A stretch of 64,000 nucleotides of DNA from Candidatus Latescibacterota bacterium (lineage in GTDB: Bacteria > Latescibacterota > UBA2968 > GCA-2709665), in assembly GCA_965205485.1 (NCBI GenBank), contig OZ242180.1:928001-992000 (forward strand), written 5' to 3'. Below, piece by piece: positions 9,992 through 19,923 of this stretch. The position numbers were made by a program, and so were the translations under genes. How positions within the stretch are numbered: the first letter of the stretch is position 1; every line of letters begins with the position of its first letter. The notes beneath the pieces were generated by a model. The model searched no databases and was not told where the DNA came from. It saw nothing but the letters and a program-made list of their open reading frames with translations.

Positions 9992-10387
9992 TCAGTCCGG
10001 ATCGATCTCGAATCCTTCGCTCCATCGCGCGATGCGCTGCAGAGTGATCCGGATCTTCGGCTGAATTCCGCAAATCGCACTGTGTGCGCGATTGTGTTCA
10101 GATGGAACGTGACGCACTTCGTGACGTTCTCTTCGTACATCTGCTACTTTGAGCTCGACAATGCCGTTATCATCGGGAACTCTCGCTCGATTCTGCGACT
10201 GCCGGGGAGTTGAATATTTCGACCAATCTACAGACAGATAGCTACCTGCGAAGCTGAACAATCCGACCGGGAACTCGTGCGCCTTGTTTACCCTTTTTGA
10301 TTTTCTGATCTCGTAGTACTTCTTCTTGTTTACGCGGTAATACAGCAAGTCGGAATTCGGTATGTACTCAATGTCCCACCTATGCAT
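9992..10387 (-). CDS. Hypothetical protein with ADP-ribosyltransferase/RES-like motifs (putative toxin/effector)
   Basis: 131 aa with lower GC than the flanks. LLYYRV...F...LSVDW...VRHVP...NRAHSAI pattern; start overlaps the upstream stop by 8 nt. Confidence 0.55.
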   Translation of the reverse strand: MHRWDIEYIPNSDLLYYRVNKKKYYEIRKSKRVNKAHEFPVGLFSFAGSYLSVDWSKYSTPRQSQNRARVPDDNGIVELKVADVRRERHEVRHVPSEHNRAHSAICGIQPKIRITLQRIARWSEGFEIDPD

Positions 10388-10829
10388 TCAATTCCTCCAT
10401 CCAGTGCGCGATCTCTTCTGGATCGGGTCTTTGTTCGCCCTGGATAGATCGTTCGCCGTTACAGTTGTCCCCGTAAAATGAAGATGAACCGTCAGCATTA
10501 AAGACAATCAATAGCTCGAAAAGAGGTGTTCGCCAATGAACGTCGACGCTTCCCCCGCTCGCCGGCAAGATCTCGACTTCTCTGGCGAGGCTTTCGCCAT
10601 TTCCTTGCGAGCACAACTCATTTACGAAATCGCTGGCGGACTTGACGGTAATTTCATCGAAAACGGGTGACCCTTCGCCATCCCAATCGGCTTCCAGACT
10701 AAATAGCCGTTGCTTCGCATTCTCGACTATGGCAGCGACGTCGCCTCCATTGCCTGCTGATGACTCATCAACTACAACAGCCTTCTCGTCTTGCCCGCGA
10801 TATCTTACGTCTCTGTATTCCATCTGCAA
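10380..10829 (-). CDS. Acidic hypothetical protein (putative partner/antitoxin of 9992-10387)
   Basis: About 149 aa, D/E-rich; LEADWDGEGSP...ILPASGGSVDVHW...ELLIVF pattern. Coupled to the downstream gene. Start uncertain (TTG 10829 or ATG 10823). Confidence 0.6.
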   Translation of the reverse strand: MQMEYRDVRYRGQDEKAVVVDESSAGNGGDVAAIVENAKQRLFSLEADWDGEGSPVFDEITVKSASDFVNELCSQGNGESLAREVEILPASGGSVDVHWRTPLFELLIVFNADGSSSFYGDNCNGERSIQGEQRPDPEEIAHWMEELNA

Positions 10830-11183
10830 TACTCATCCAAAGGAGGTAGATGTCTTGCCAGAATTCCAGCGAGTCACCCACAAGGAACATCTCAAAGGTG
10901 TCGCCAATGAGAAAATGCGTACGTCGGCCAGATCCTCTCAGATCTCGCATGCACAGATTGCAACAGATCAAACTCATCCAGGACGCATCCAAGTCCTGTA
11001 CATGACCGGATAATCCGCAATGCAAGCGCAAAAGCCTGGAGATTGCGCGTCAGAAACCTGACGAAATACCGGCTCGGGAAAATATAGCCGAATCTTGAAA
11101 TCTGTCAACGGTATTTCACCTTGAGACGATTTCAGAAACGTCGGCTTTGTTTGCTCTTGAAGGCAACTCCCAGGATTTCCACT

Positions 11184-14100
11184 TCAATTGGTTATGGTAG
11201 ACGGCCTCTTCTGTCTAAGGCCTGGACTGACGGCGCTCACGCTGCCGCCGTCCGTCCCAACAAGAAGGGCGGACTCTCCATACACTGTCAGGGACTTTAT
11301 AACGGTAACGCCGGCTTCCATGCGGTGGCTGCCCACGACCTCTCCGTCGAGAGAAAGAAACACAACCCACCCCTCGGAGGTCCCTGCAACGATTGTCTCC
11401 ACTTCGTCTTCCTTGAGATGGACCAGACCGGTCACCCCGCCATCGAGGTCCCGGCGCCAGCGCTTCTTCCCCGTACCGCTCAACAGCGCCACGTGCCCGC
11501 TTTCGCTTCCCGCCGCGAATCCGTGTCCCGGAACCGTCACACCGTACCGGACGTCGTCTCCCAGGTTGGCCGTCCAGAGGATCTCTCCCGAAGTCGAATC
11601 CACCGTGTAGACATTTCCGTCCATGGCGCCGTAGACCGATTCCTTCACGCCGTCGCCATTCAGGTCCGCCAGGGCCAAAGCCGAGAAACAGGGGCCCCCG
11701 TTAACCGTCCACCGGATCCTCCCGTCGGCCTCCAGCAGATTCGACGTGTAATATTCAGCGCCCACCAGGATTTCCTGCCTGCCGTCTCCCTCCACGTCGC
11801 CGACGACCATCGTCCGCGCGGCGTGGTGTTCGATCTGCCGCTGCCAGACTTCCTCTCCGTCCGACGCCAGCGCCCACACCAGCCACCCGTCCGTGGCTGT
11901 CAGGATCACCTGATTTCCGTCACCGGTCAGATCTGCCGTCGTCACCGCGTTCACATTCTGATCCACCCCGTGCGAATCTGAAAACCGGCGCTTCCAGCAG
12001 ACCCCGCCTCCGGAATCGAACAGCGTCAGCGCGCGGTCCCTTCCACCGGCCAGAAGTCTTCCTTCCTTAAGATCCGCGAGATGCACGGCGCGCACTTCGG
12101 CGCGTGTCTCGCGCGTCCAGCGAATCCGCCCTTCGGGGTCCAGCACGAGTACCTGCCCGCTGCCCGTCCCAACCGCAATCGAGTCAGCCTTCGCATCGGC
12201 GCATCGGACCGGTCCCCGGACCTGCGCCTCCCACAAACGCCTGAGGGACGTATCTTTCGGCACGAAACCGTATTTTCCCGGCGCCCTGCGATGCTCGTAA
12301 GGCGTGCCGGACCGGACGGCCTCGCGCAGGACGTCCTCAAGACCGGCTTCCAGCGTGATCCGATGGGTTCCGGCCGTGAGTTTGTCCGCCTCTGGTTCCA
12401 CCACCCCGTCAATACAGATGCCCTCGGTCCGAGCCCGGGTCTCCTTGCTTGCGCGGACCTCACCCGCTCTCTCGCCCGGATACAGTACGATGTGCACCGG
12501 CACGTCGCATTCAAACACCACGCCATTCGCCCACAGACCCGTCGCGTCAAGCAGTATCAGGTTTGATTCGGTCAACGCGAAAGCGGCGGCGGCGACCCTG
12601 AGCCCGCCTATTCGCGCTTCCCCGCCGTCAACGCCGAATACGGTCAGGCCGTCCGGGTGCGCCACCCTGACCCTGCCCTCTCCGATGCGCTCGATCCGCC
12701 AGGCATCGATCTCCGCTTCCGACCCCGCCACCATCAGGTTGAAATACCTTTCAACGTGTCCGGGCCGCCCGTGGAGCGCCTTGTGCTGGTTGAAGATCCG
12801 GATCGGGCCGTCCGCGAACGGATACAGTTCGTAGGGGTCGGTCCCTGCAACGCGGGCTTCCTCCGTCAGAAGCGACTTTTCCGAATCATCCGCATTCAGG
12901 AGCCGGAAATACACGCCCTCCTGTTCCACCGTCAGTTCGCATCCGTCCTGCCTGACCTCGCCCAGCGTCCGCCACAGGCACCTCAGATCGTAATCCGCGT
13001 CCCTGAGCAGCCTCAGCGAGTCCGCGATCAGAAAGAACCCGCCCCTCACCCAGAAGATATCCCGTGTCCAGTCCAGTCCGTTGTATTCCGGCACGACCGT
13101 ACGCGTGAAGGCGGTCTTTCCGAAGGCCTCAGCCCACTTCAACGCCACCAGGGGCGGCATCTCCACGGTTTCACCGTCACAGATGGACACGACGGACGAG
13201 TGGTGTCGGGGCCGCTTCCAGATATAATCCAGATCCGCCAGCCACATCCGCCCCTTCCACGTGAGCCGCCCGATCGAGTTGCCGTCCTCGTGTCCGTGGG
13301 CGAAGGTTGACGTCCCGTCCAACAGGAGGTATTCGTCCCCGCTGTCGAAACCTCCGCGCAGAACCAGCTTGTCGAACGCTTCCTCGATCGCCACGTTCGC
13401 TCCGCCCTTTGCGTGCCGCTCCACCCAATCGTAAAGCGAACAGTTAAACGGCGCCACAGAGACCCCTGCCAGCCGATCGGGCGTGCGTTTCGGAAGCGCG
13501 CGGTAATAACAGCCGGGAAACGGCGCGCCGCCCATCCAGTCCAGCGCCCAGAGGTAGCTCGCGTCCTCATAGTACCAGGCCGCTGTGCAGAGCGCCATCG
13601 CGAGCTCGAGCGATATCGTCTTGTTCTTGAGCGCCACGGCGTACCGCCCCTGCTCGATGTAGGACCACATGTCGCCGAAGCTCACCGGAACGCCGAGATT
13701 GTCCGTCACCTGTATGCCGTAGTCGGCAAAAGTCCGGAGTTGCCCGTTCTCCAGGAAGCGGAAATCGTCCCGCTTCAAATCGTAGATCACCTGGTGATAC
13801 GGCGCCAGCCAGCAGTAGCCCCACCACCCTCCGCCCGCATCGTCGTTCGGCTTGTAGCTGTTCGCCTGTCCGTCGAAAATCGCCCTGGAGTACCGGATCT
13901 GCTTCTCGAATCCCGTGATCCCGTAATAGTTCTGGAAATACTCCGTGCAAATCGAACCGCTCAGCCCCGCGAACGTCCAGTGGTTCTGCCGGATTTCCAG
14001 AGGCGGCGGCGTTTCGGCCTTGAAATAACGGGTGCCGGCCACGTAATTCGCGAGCCCCCACAGCACATTGGTGATCCGGAGGCGTTCCGCGTCGGTAAAC

Positions 14101-14858
14101 GCATCGCTCTCCTCGATCAGGTCCCAGACCAGGAACAGCCGCCACGCCCAGGAATAGATGAACAGCATATGCTCGAACAGCCAGTTCCCGGCATAGCGAT
14201 TCCTGACCAGGTCCTCGTAGTAGAAGAGCGCGTCCCGGAACATCCGCGCGCAGCCGGGATCGTGGGTCAGGTGGTGGGCCAGACCCAGGAAGGTGCCCTG
14301 CTCGACAGGATAGTAGCTGAGATTGTCCCGGTACATCTCGGCCACCCAATCGCGGAAGGCCTCGGGCGTCATTTCCGGCAGCAGCGTCTCGTGAACCTCT
14401 GTCCGGGACAGATTCGTATACCCCAATCGCCCCCCGGTTTCTTCCAGTACGCGCTCCAGCACCTCGACCGCGTTGGCCGCGCCATCCAGCGTGCTGGCCC
14501 CCACCAGCAACGCGTTATAGCCGCAGTTCTCCGGATTGTGCACAGTCCTGATTGCATACCCGTCCCCGCCTGGATACCAGTCGTCCAGGAACGCGTATTG
14601 CCGCCGGTAAAGCGCCATGATCGAACCGTTGACCATCGCGTTGCCCAGCAGCACGCGGTGCCGGCCTTCCGGCAGGGGCGCCAGGCTTTCAGGATCTACG
14701 ATCGGCAGGTCCACTCCCGCACGCGCGCGGATCATCTCACGCAGCCGCCGACCGAGACGCGCCCATTCCGGCTCTACCGGCGCCACGATCTCCGCCCCCT
14801 CCCGGAGGTCCGTGGTCAGGTGCATATCCTTCAACGTTTCAATGCGATCCTCGGCCAT
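11184..14858 (-). CDS. Large heparinase II/III-like lyase plus C-terminal FG-GAP/PQQ-type beta-propeller protein (paralog A)
   Basis: 1224 aa. RQNH, KPNDD, FDKLVLRGG..DEYLLLDG..FAHGHEDGNSI; repeated DLTGDG/DVEGDG/DLNGDG motifs and W-spaced propeller blades; no signal peptide. Confidence 0.75.
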   Translation of the reverse strand: MAEDRIETLKDMHLTTDLREGAEIVAPVEPEWARLGRRLREMIRARAGVDLPIVDPESLAPLPEGRHRVLLGNAMVNGSIMALYRRQYAFLDDWYPGGDGYAIRTVHNPENCGYNALLVGASTLDGAANAVEVLERVLEETGGRLGYTNLSRTEVHETLLPEMTPEAFRDWVAEMYRDNLSYYPVEQGTFLGLAHHLTHDPGCARMFRDALFYYEDLVRNRYAGNWLFEHMLFIYSWAWRLFLVWDLIEESDAFTDAERLRITNVLWGLANYVAGTRYFKAETPPPLEIRQNHWTFAGLSGSICTEYFQNYYGITGFEKQIRYSRAIFDGQANSYKPNDDAGGGWWGYCWLAPYHQVIYDLKRDDFRFLENGQLRTFADYGIQVTDNLGVPVSFGDMWSYIEQGRYAVALKNKTISLELAMALCTAAWYYEDASYLWALDWMGGAPFPGCYYRALPKRTPDRLAGVSVAPFNCSLYDWVERHAKGGANVAIEEAFDKLVLRGGFDSGDEYLLLDGTSTFAHGHEDGNSIGRLTWKGRMWLADLDYIWKRPRHHSSVVSICDGETVEMPPLVALKWAEAFGKTAFTRTVVPEYNGLDWTRDIFWVRGGFFLIADSLRLLRDADYDLRCLWRTLGEVRQDGCELTVEQEGVYFRLLNADDSEKSLLTEEARVAGTDPYELYPFADGPIRIFNQHKALHGRPGHVERYFNLMVAGSEAEIDAWRIERIGEGRVRVAHPDGLTVFGVDGGEARIGGLRVAAAAFALTESNLILLDATGLWANGVVFECDVPVHIVLYPGERAGEVRASKETRARTEGICIDGVVEPEADKLTAGTHRITLEAGLEDVLREAVRSGTPYEHRRAPGKYGFVPKDTSLRRLWEAQVRGPVRCADAKADSIAVGTGSGQVLVLDPEGRIRWTRETRAEVRAVHLADLKEGRLLAGGRDRALTLFDSGGGVCWKRRFSDSHGVDQNVNAVTTADLTGDGNQVILTATDGWLVWALASDGEEVWQRQIEHHAARTMVVGDVEGDGRQEILVGAEYYTSNLLEADGRIRWTVNGGPCFSALALADLNGDGVKESVYGAMDGNVYTVDSTSGEILWTANLGDDVRYGVTVPGHGFAAGSESGHVALLSGTGKKRWRRDLDGGVTGLVHLKEDEVETIVAGTSEGWVVFLSLDGEVVGSHRMEAGVTVIKSLTVYGESALLVGTDGGSVSAVSPGLRQKRPSTITN

Positions 14859-15147
14859 CGCGCATCCCTTGTAAAGGCAGTCACAAACTTGAAGCCTCTC
14901 AGTTTCACTTCCCGCATTTCAATGGGCAGGCACCCACCGGGCGTGGCCACCGACTTCCGGCGACAAGAGCTCACCGACGTTCTGAGCGTAAACAGCCATC
15001 CTGCAGGACAAACTGCAGCAAGAACGACAACACAGGCTTTCCGACCGGATTTCTGGTCTGTGTTCATGGAATGTAGGTGACAGTTTGCCTCGATTCGCGT
15101 ATCTTTCAGGTAGTCGCATAATCATCGATGTTCGGAGAATACTGACC

Positions 15148-15444
15148 GTGACAATAGAGACAATAAAAGAAATCGCAATTCCTGCATGTCGGGAATTCAG
15201 GGTAAAAAGATTGGATCTGTTCGGATCATTGAGCCGGGGCCAGGGAACTGCTGTCAGCGACGTGGATCTGATCGTGGAGTTCGAGGATCCTACTATGTTT
15301 CCTTCGAAGAGGTTTTTCGGGCTTCTACACCATCTCGAGGACAACCTGAATTGCAAAGTTGATTTGCTTACGTTCAATGGACTCAAGAACCCCTACTTTC
15401 GTCGCAGCATCCTTGACGAAAGGGTGAACATCTATGGACGATGA
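15148..15444 (+). CDS. mntA: Minimal nucleotidyltransferase (MNT) antitoxin
   Basis: LDLFGSLSRG..SDVDLIVEF and KVDLLT motifs; GTG start at 15148 preferred; overlaps the HEPN gene. Confidence 0.88.
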   Translation: MTIETIKEIAIPACREFRVKRLDLFGSLSRGQGTAVSDVDLIVEFEDPTMFPSKRFFGLLHHLEDNLNCKVDLLTFNGLKNPYFRRSILDERVNIYGR

Positions 15445-15796
15445 GATACTCAAATACCTCTACGACATCAAGGATGCGGCCTCGGCAATCCTCAAGTTTG
15501 TTCAGGACAAGACCTATGATGATTATCGAGAAGACGAACTGCTCAAGAGTGGCGTCGAACGAAAATTCGAAATAATCGGTGAAGCACTGAATAGATTGAA
15601 ACGAGATAATCCGAAGTTACTCGATAGAATACGGGATCATCGCAGTATCATTTCATTCAGAAATATACTCGCGCATGATTACAACAGTATTGATCACACA
15701 ATCGTATGGGGGATTATTGAAGAAAACCTGGACAATCTCTATTCGGACGTGGGTAAATTACTCATCGATAATGAACCTGAATCGCCTGACGGATGA
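15434..15796 (+). CDS. hepT: HEPN/DUF86 RNase toxin (HepT-like)
   Basis: VERKFEIIGEA and FRNILAHDY (RX4H then Y) motifs, IVWGII; AT-richer than the flanks. Confidence 0.9.
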   Translation: MDDEILKYLYDIKDAASAILKFVQDKTYDDYREDELLKSGVERKFEIIGEALNRLKRDNPKLLDRIRDHRSIISFRNILAHDYNSIDHTIVWGIIEENLDNLYSDVGKLLIDNEPESPDG

Positions 15797-15868
15797 CCCG
15801 CATCATACCTGACTCAATTCTGTGATCACGCCCCTGTCCGTGCCCGCCACACGAATTCCCTCTATTGC

Positions 15869-18622
15869 TTACTCAACCGGTAGCTCGACCAGAACGCTCG
15901 TTTGATCCTCGGAACTGAAGACGCGTCTCCCGTCCAGTTCGGCAAACGTCCCGCCGTGCAAGACCACCGACCCGGCACCGTCAGGTCCCCGGCGCACCAG
16001 AATGGCGAGGGCGTCCGTGGTCAGCCCGCCCGCAGTAACTGTTTCATCTCCCGTTCTGAAGACAGCCAGAGCGGATCCATCCGGGCCGCTTACCCGGATG
16101 CCGATCCCGCCATGCCCCGTCACCCGCATCGCCGTAACCGGTTCAGCCTCAGCGGAACGCAGCGGCTGAAGCAGGTGAAGGTAATGCACGCTCTCCACCG
16201 GCCCCGGCGTCGGAAACCGCAGATAGGGCCGCCGATCCGCATCCCGTGCGGCGGGCGTGGAATCGATCCTGACGGTCGACGCATCGGGCCATAGGTGCCT
16301 GATGTGCATCCATGCCGCGCGTCCCTCGATTCTGGACGTCTCTCCGGCGACTGCCACCTTGCCGTACGGGCTCAGCAGCCGCCACTCGATCTGTCTGGGT
16401 TGCTTTCCGGCGGTTTCGATCTCATCGAACAGCACCAGGTACCGCAGGTCCGGGTCGCCCTGCGGCTTCAGGAACATCAGATGGCGGCGATAGGTATCCA
16501 GCAGGGGCCGGTACGCGTGCGCCGCCTCCCCCCTTACGTAATCGTAGTCCCTTGAGAAATAGGTCTCCTCGATCCGGCCGCTCTTCGAAATTTCCTCTGG
16601 TCCCAGCCATTGCAATTCGTACTCACGCGGCACAGGGCTTTCCTCGTGCACCGTCGGCTGTCCCCGTCCATCCACCAGAATCGTGTTTCGCCCCGGTGTG
16701 CCCTGGTACCAGGCCGTCAGATCGTACTGCGCCTGCGTCAGCGCCGCCTCCCCCGTCTTCGGTGTCCGCGGCGGCGACAATAGACGCTCCCCGAACGCGG
16801 TGAGCGTAAACGCATTCTTGTCCCCCTGTTCCTTACTCACTTCCGGTCCGGACGTGAACGTGACGTGTACCCCTTCCGTGTGAAGCGTGTCGTATAACTT
16901 GACCAGCCCCAGGTCCCGGAAGTGAAACCCGGCCACGTCTTTCTTCGGAGCCGCCGGCGGCAGGCTCTCGTCGTAGAACAGGAACTCCCAGGGCCCGTGG
17001 AAATAGAGCCCCGTCGCCGCCGCAACTCCCAGCGTATACGTTCCGTCCATCTCCTCAACCGCCTTGGCGATCTCGTGTTCACCTGTAAATGCGATGCCCC
17101 TCACACGCCGCCCTCCGGACATCAGCATCAGCATTGCCTGCCCGGTATCCGACCGGTACTTACGCAGGGATGCCCGGATCTGGCCGGCGCGCAAGCTGGC
17201 GAATTCGAGGGCCGTCTCCCCCCGTTCTTCCGTCAGCGCCACCGGTCCAGCCAGGCGATCCACGATGTCCCCGCCGGCGTCGAAGACCTCCATAGAAAGG
17301 ACCTCGACCCGGTCGCCCTCAACCCGAAGCGTGACCCTGTCGATCCCTTCCACGCGTTCGATATTCTGCCGATCCCGCAGGAGGCCATTCACTTCGATCT
17401 GCATCCCGCCGGTCCCGGCATCCCATCGCAGGGAGACCGTATAAAGGGTTTCAGGATGGTAGTGGACTTTGTCCCGGTTATACCAGTACGCCGGGTAACC
17501 CTTCATATCGGGCCGCAGGTCGTGCTTCAGGGCCAGCCACTGAAGCGCCGGGTCCCGCAGTCTGCCGGCGTGCGCCAGAAGGCCCGCCCGATCGTTATAA
17601 TGCCCGCGCGACCTGAACATCTCCATCCCGAAAATCAGAAAGTGCGACAACTGGCGCAGCGGCCCGGTATCGAACAGGTCCGGCCCTCCGTTTCGGGCAA
17701 GCGCCTCCATAAACCGACCCCCGTCGCTCAGGCAGACCCCCAGCCAGCCGCGCCCCTCCATCCGCTCTCCGTCTCTCCCATAGGCCGCCGGCAGCAGGTA
17801 ATCCCGCGTGAGCACCAGACCCATATCCAGCCAGTCCCGCGCCTCTTCGACCTCGTACAGCAGCCCCAGACCCGCCAGTCCCTCAAGCGGTATGCTCCGC
17901 CACCTGTGGTTATTCGCAAGGGACCCCCGACGCGCCGCCGGGTCCTGCGTCAGCCAGTACGCATCCTTCTCGCACAGTTTCCGCCCCTTCTCGCGCAGTC
18001 CCGCAAGCAGACGTTCGCGTTCCTCCCGGGAGAATCGACCGGGAATCCAGTCGTAGACAATCACCGCTCCCGACAGAATCATGGCCGCCTCCATATCCCA
18101 GGGATCGGCAGCCGGACCCCAGTTCTCCCAGCCCGCGTACGCCAGCGCCCAGGCCTTGGCGCGCCTGGCGAAGACCTCCTCTCCCGTCAGCAGGTATGCG
18201 AACGCGTACAACGGGCCATAGTATTGCATCGCGTATGCGTAAGACAGAAAATCGTAGGTCGCCTTCAGAAACGACCCGTCGTAACTGCCATCGGGTAAGC
18301 GGCTGTTGGACGCTCCCGCAGGCGGGTCCTTCGGGATCGGGTTTCTCAACGTCAGCCTGGCCGCCCGGACGATTCCCTCGGCGCACTCCCGGTACGGTTC
18401 CCGCCGGGCCATTTCGCGCAGACGCGGCACGTCTTCAGCCGTGAAGAAAAGGTAGGGATGCGTGCGTTCGGCCTCCAGCAACGCCCCGCTGATCCCCCGG
18501 TTTCCCAGCAGGTCCCTGATGTTCACAGGCTCACCCCCGAAAACCGAACTCCATGAAACCGCCATTGAGGCAACGAGTGGGCAGACCCCCGCCCATTCTG
18601 GTTTCGAAATGAAACGCATCAT
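15869..18622 (-). CDS. Secreted heparinase II/III-family-like protein (DUF4962-like N-terminal region)
   Basis: 917 aa with a signal-like N-terminus. HPYLFFT, IVYDW, LANNHRW, EGRGW, SGP..DKNAFTLTAFGERLL, NTILVDGRGQ, YVRGEAAHAY and YLVLFDE motifs. Confidence 0.75.
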   Translation of the reverse strand: MMRFISKPEWAGVCPLVASMAVSWSSVFGGEPVNIRDLLGNRGISGALLEAERTHPYLFFTAEDVPRLREMARREPYRECAEGIVRAARLTLRNPIPKDPPAGASNSRLPDGSYDGSFLKATYDFLSYAYAMQYYGPLYAFAYLLTGEEVFARRAKAWALAYAGWENWGPAADPWDMEAAMILSGAVIVYDWIPGRFSREERERLLAGLREKGRKLCEKDAYWLTQDPAARRGSLANNHRWRSIPLEGLAGLGLLYEVEEARDWLDMGLVLTRDYLLPAAYGRDGERMEGRGWLGVCLSDGGRFMEALARNGGPDLFDTGPLRQLSHFLIFGMEMFRSRGHYNDRAGLLAHAGRLRDPALQWLALKHDLRPDMKGYPAYWYNRDKVHYHPETLYTVSLRWDAGTGGMQIEVNGLLRDRQNIERVEGIDRVTLRVEGDRVEVLSMEVFDAGGDIVDRLAGPVALTEERGETALEFASLRAGQIRASLRKYRSDTGQAMLMLMSGGRRVRGIAFTGEHEIAKAVEEMDGTYTLGVAAATGLYFHGPWEFLFYDESLPPAAPKKDVAGFHFRDLGLVKLYDTLHTEGVHVTFTSGPEVSKEQGDKNAFTLTAFGERLLSPPRTPKTGEAALTQAQYDLTAWYQGTPGRNTILVDGRGQPTVHEESPVPREYELQWLGPEEISKSGRIEETYFSRDYDYVRGEAAHAYRPLLDTYRRHLMFLKPQGDPDLRYLVLFDEIETAGKQPRQIEWRLLSPYGKVAVAGETSRIEGRAAWMHIRHLWPDASTVRIDSTPAARDADRRPYLRFPTPGPVESVHYLHLLQPLRSAEAEPVTAMRVTGHGGIGIRVSGPDGSALAVFRTGDETVTAGGLTTDALAILVRRGPDGAGSVVLHGGTFAELDGRRVFSSEDQTSVLVELPVE

Positions 18623-18782
18623 GTCCGACTCAATGCGGTGATCCCACCCCGGTCCGTGCCTGCCAAAAGGGCCGGACCATCGGCGAGATCCAGGCCGGCA
18701 GGAAGCCCGGGGAGCTTGTTATTCCGATAGGATATGCTTACTTTAACCGGTCGATCGCGTCACACGCCGGGGAAGGACCAGG

Positions 18783-19917
18783 ATGGCAGCCGTAGTCCTA
18801 AAAGACGTCCGAAAGATCTATAACGGAAACACCGTCGCGGTAGACGACTTCAGCCTTCGCGTCGAGGACGGCGAGTTCGTGGTGCTGGTGGGGCCCTCCG
18901 GATGCGGAAAATCGACCACCCTCCGGCTGATTGCCGGCCTGGAGGAGGTGGACGGGGGCGAAATCCACATCGACGGATGCCTGACGAACGACCTTCCGCC
19001 CAAGGACAGGAATATCGCGATGGTCTTCCAGAACTACGCCCTCTACCCCCACATGGACGCCTACCGGAATATGGCCTTCGGGCTGAAACTGAGAAAATAT
19101 CCCAGGGAGGAGATCGACGACCGGGTGCGTGAGGCGGCGGACATCCTGGGAATCCGGGACCTGCTGCACCGAAAGCCGAAGGAACTCTCAGGCGGACAGC
19201 GTCAGCGGGTAGCCCTTGGCCGTGCTATCGTTCGGAAGCCGAAGGTCTTCCTATTCGACGAGCCCCTGTCCAACCTGGACGCCAGACTGCGGGTTCAGAT
19301 GCGAACGGAACTCAGCAAGCTGCATGCACGGCTCAACGCGACCATGATTTACGTCACCCACGACCAGGTCGAAGCGATGACCATGGGCGACCGCCTCGTC
19401 GTCATGCAAGACGGACGGATCCAGCAGGTCGGAGCCCCGGTCCACCTGTACCGGAGACCCGCGAACCGTTTCGTCGCCGGCTTTATCGGCAGCCCGGCAA
19501 TGAATTTCCTCGAGGGCGAACTCGTCCGGGATGCCGGCCTGGCCTTCCGGGGAGACGGCCTCCGCCTCCCTGTACCGGACCGGCACCGGGACAGCCTGTC
19601 AGGATACATCGGCCGCCGCGTCATCCTTGGAATCCGCCCCGAGCACATCCACTACGCGTCTTCAGCCCTCGGACCCGGGGAGTCAGAAGACGTTTCCGCG
19701 AAGAGTCGACCTCGTCGAACCGATGGGACATGAGACCTTGCTCTACCTGACCGTCGGACGCGCCTCCTGCGTGGCCAGGGTGACCGCGGATCCCGCACCC
19801 GCGGTGGACAGCGAGGTCCGGCTCGCATTCGACCTCTCCGCCGTCCACTTCTTCGACCGGGAGACCGAAGCCGCGCTGCTCCGGATACACCCGAATAGCA
19901 AACCGACGCGGGGCTGA
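18783..19917 (+). pseudogene. Sugar ABC transporter ATP-binding subunit (MalK/UgpC/MsmX type), split by one frameshift near 19700 (possible sequencing error)
   Basis: [31 protein letters not shown] and HDQVEAM in 18783-19733. The TOBE C-terminus [23 protein letters not shown] continues in another frame to 19917. Confidence 0.88.
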
Positions 19918-19923
19918 AGGCGC

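Noticed and set aside
9751..10140. 129-aa ORF as a third gene of the ART-like module
   Set aside because: It overlaps 9992-10387 by about 150 nt in another frame, runs through inverted repeats and has no recognisable features.
14831..15067. 78-aa ORF with a signal-like start as an N-terminal extension of paralog A
   Set aside because: The other four paralogs start at the equivalent position without a signal peptide, and nothing supports a join.
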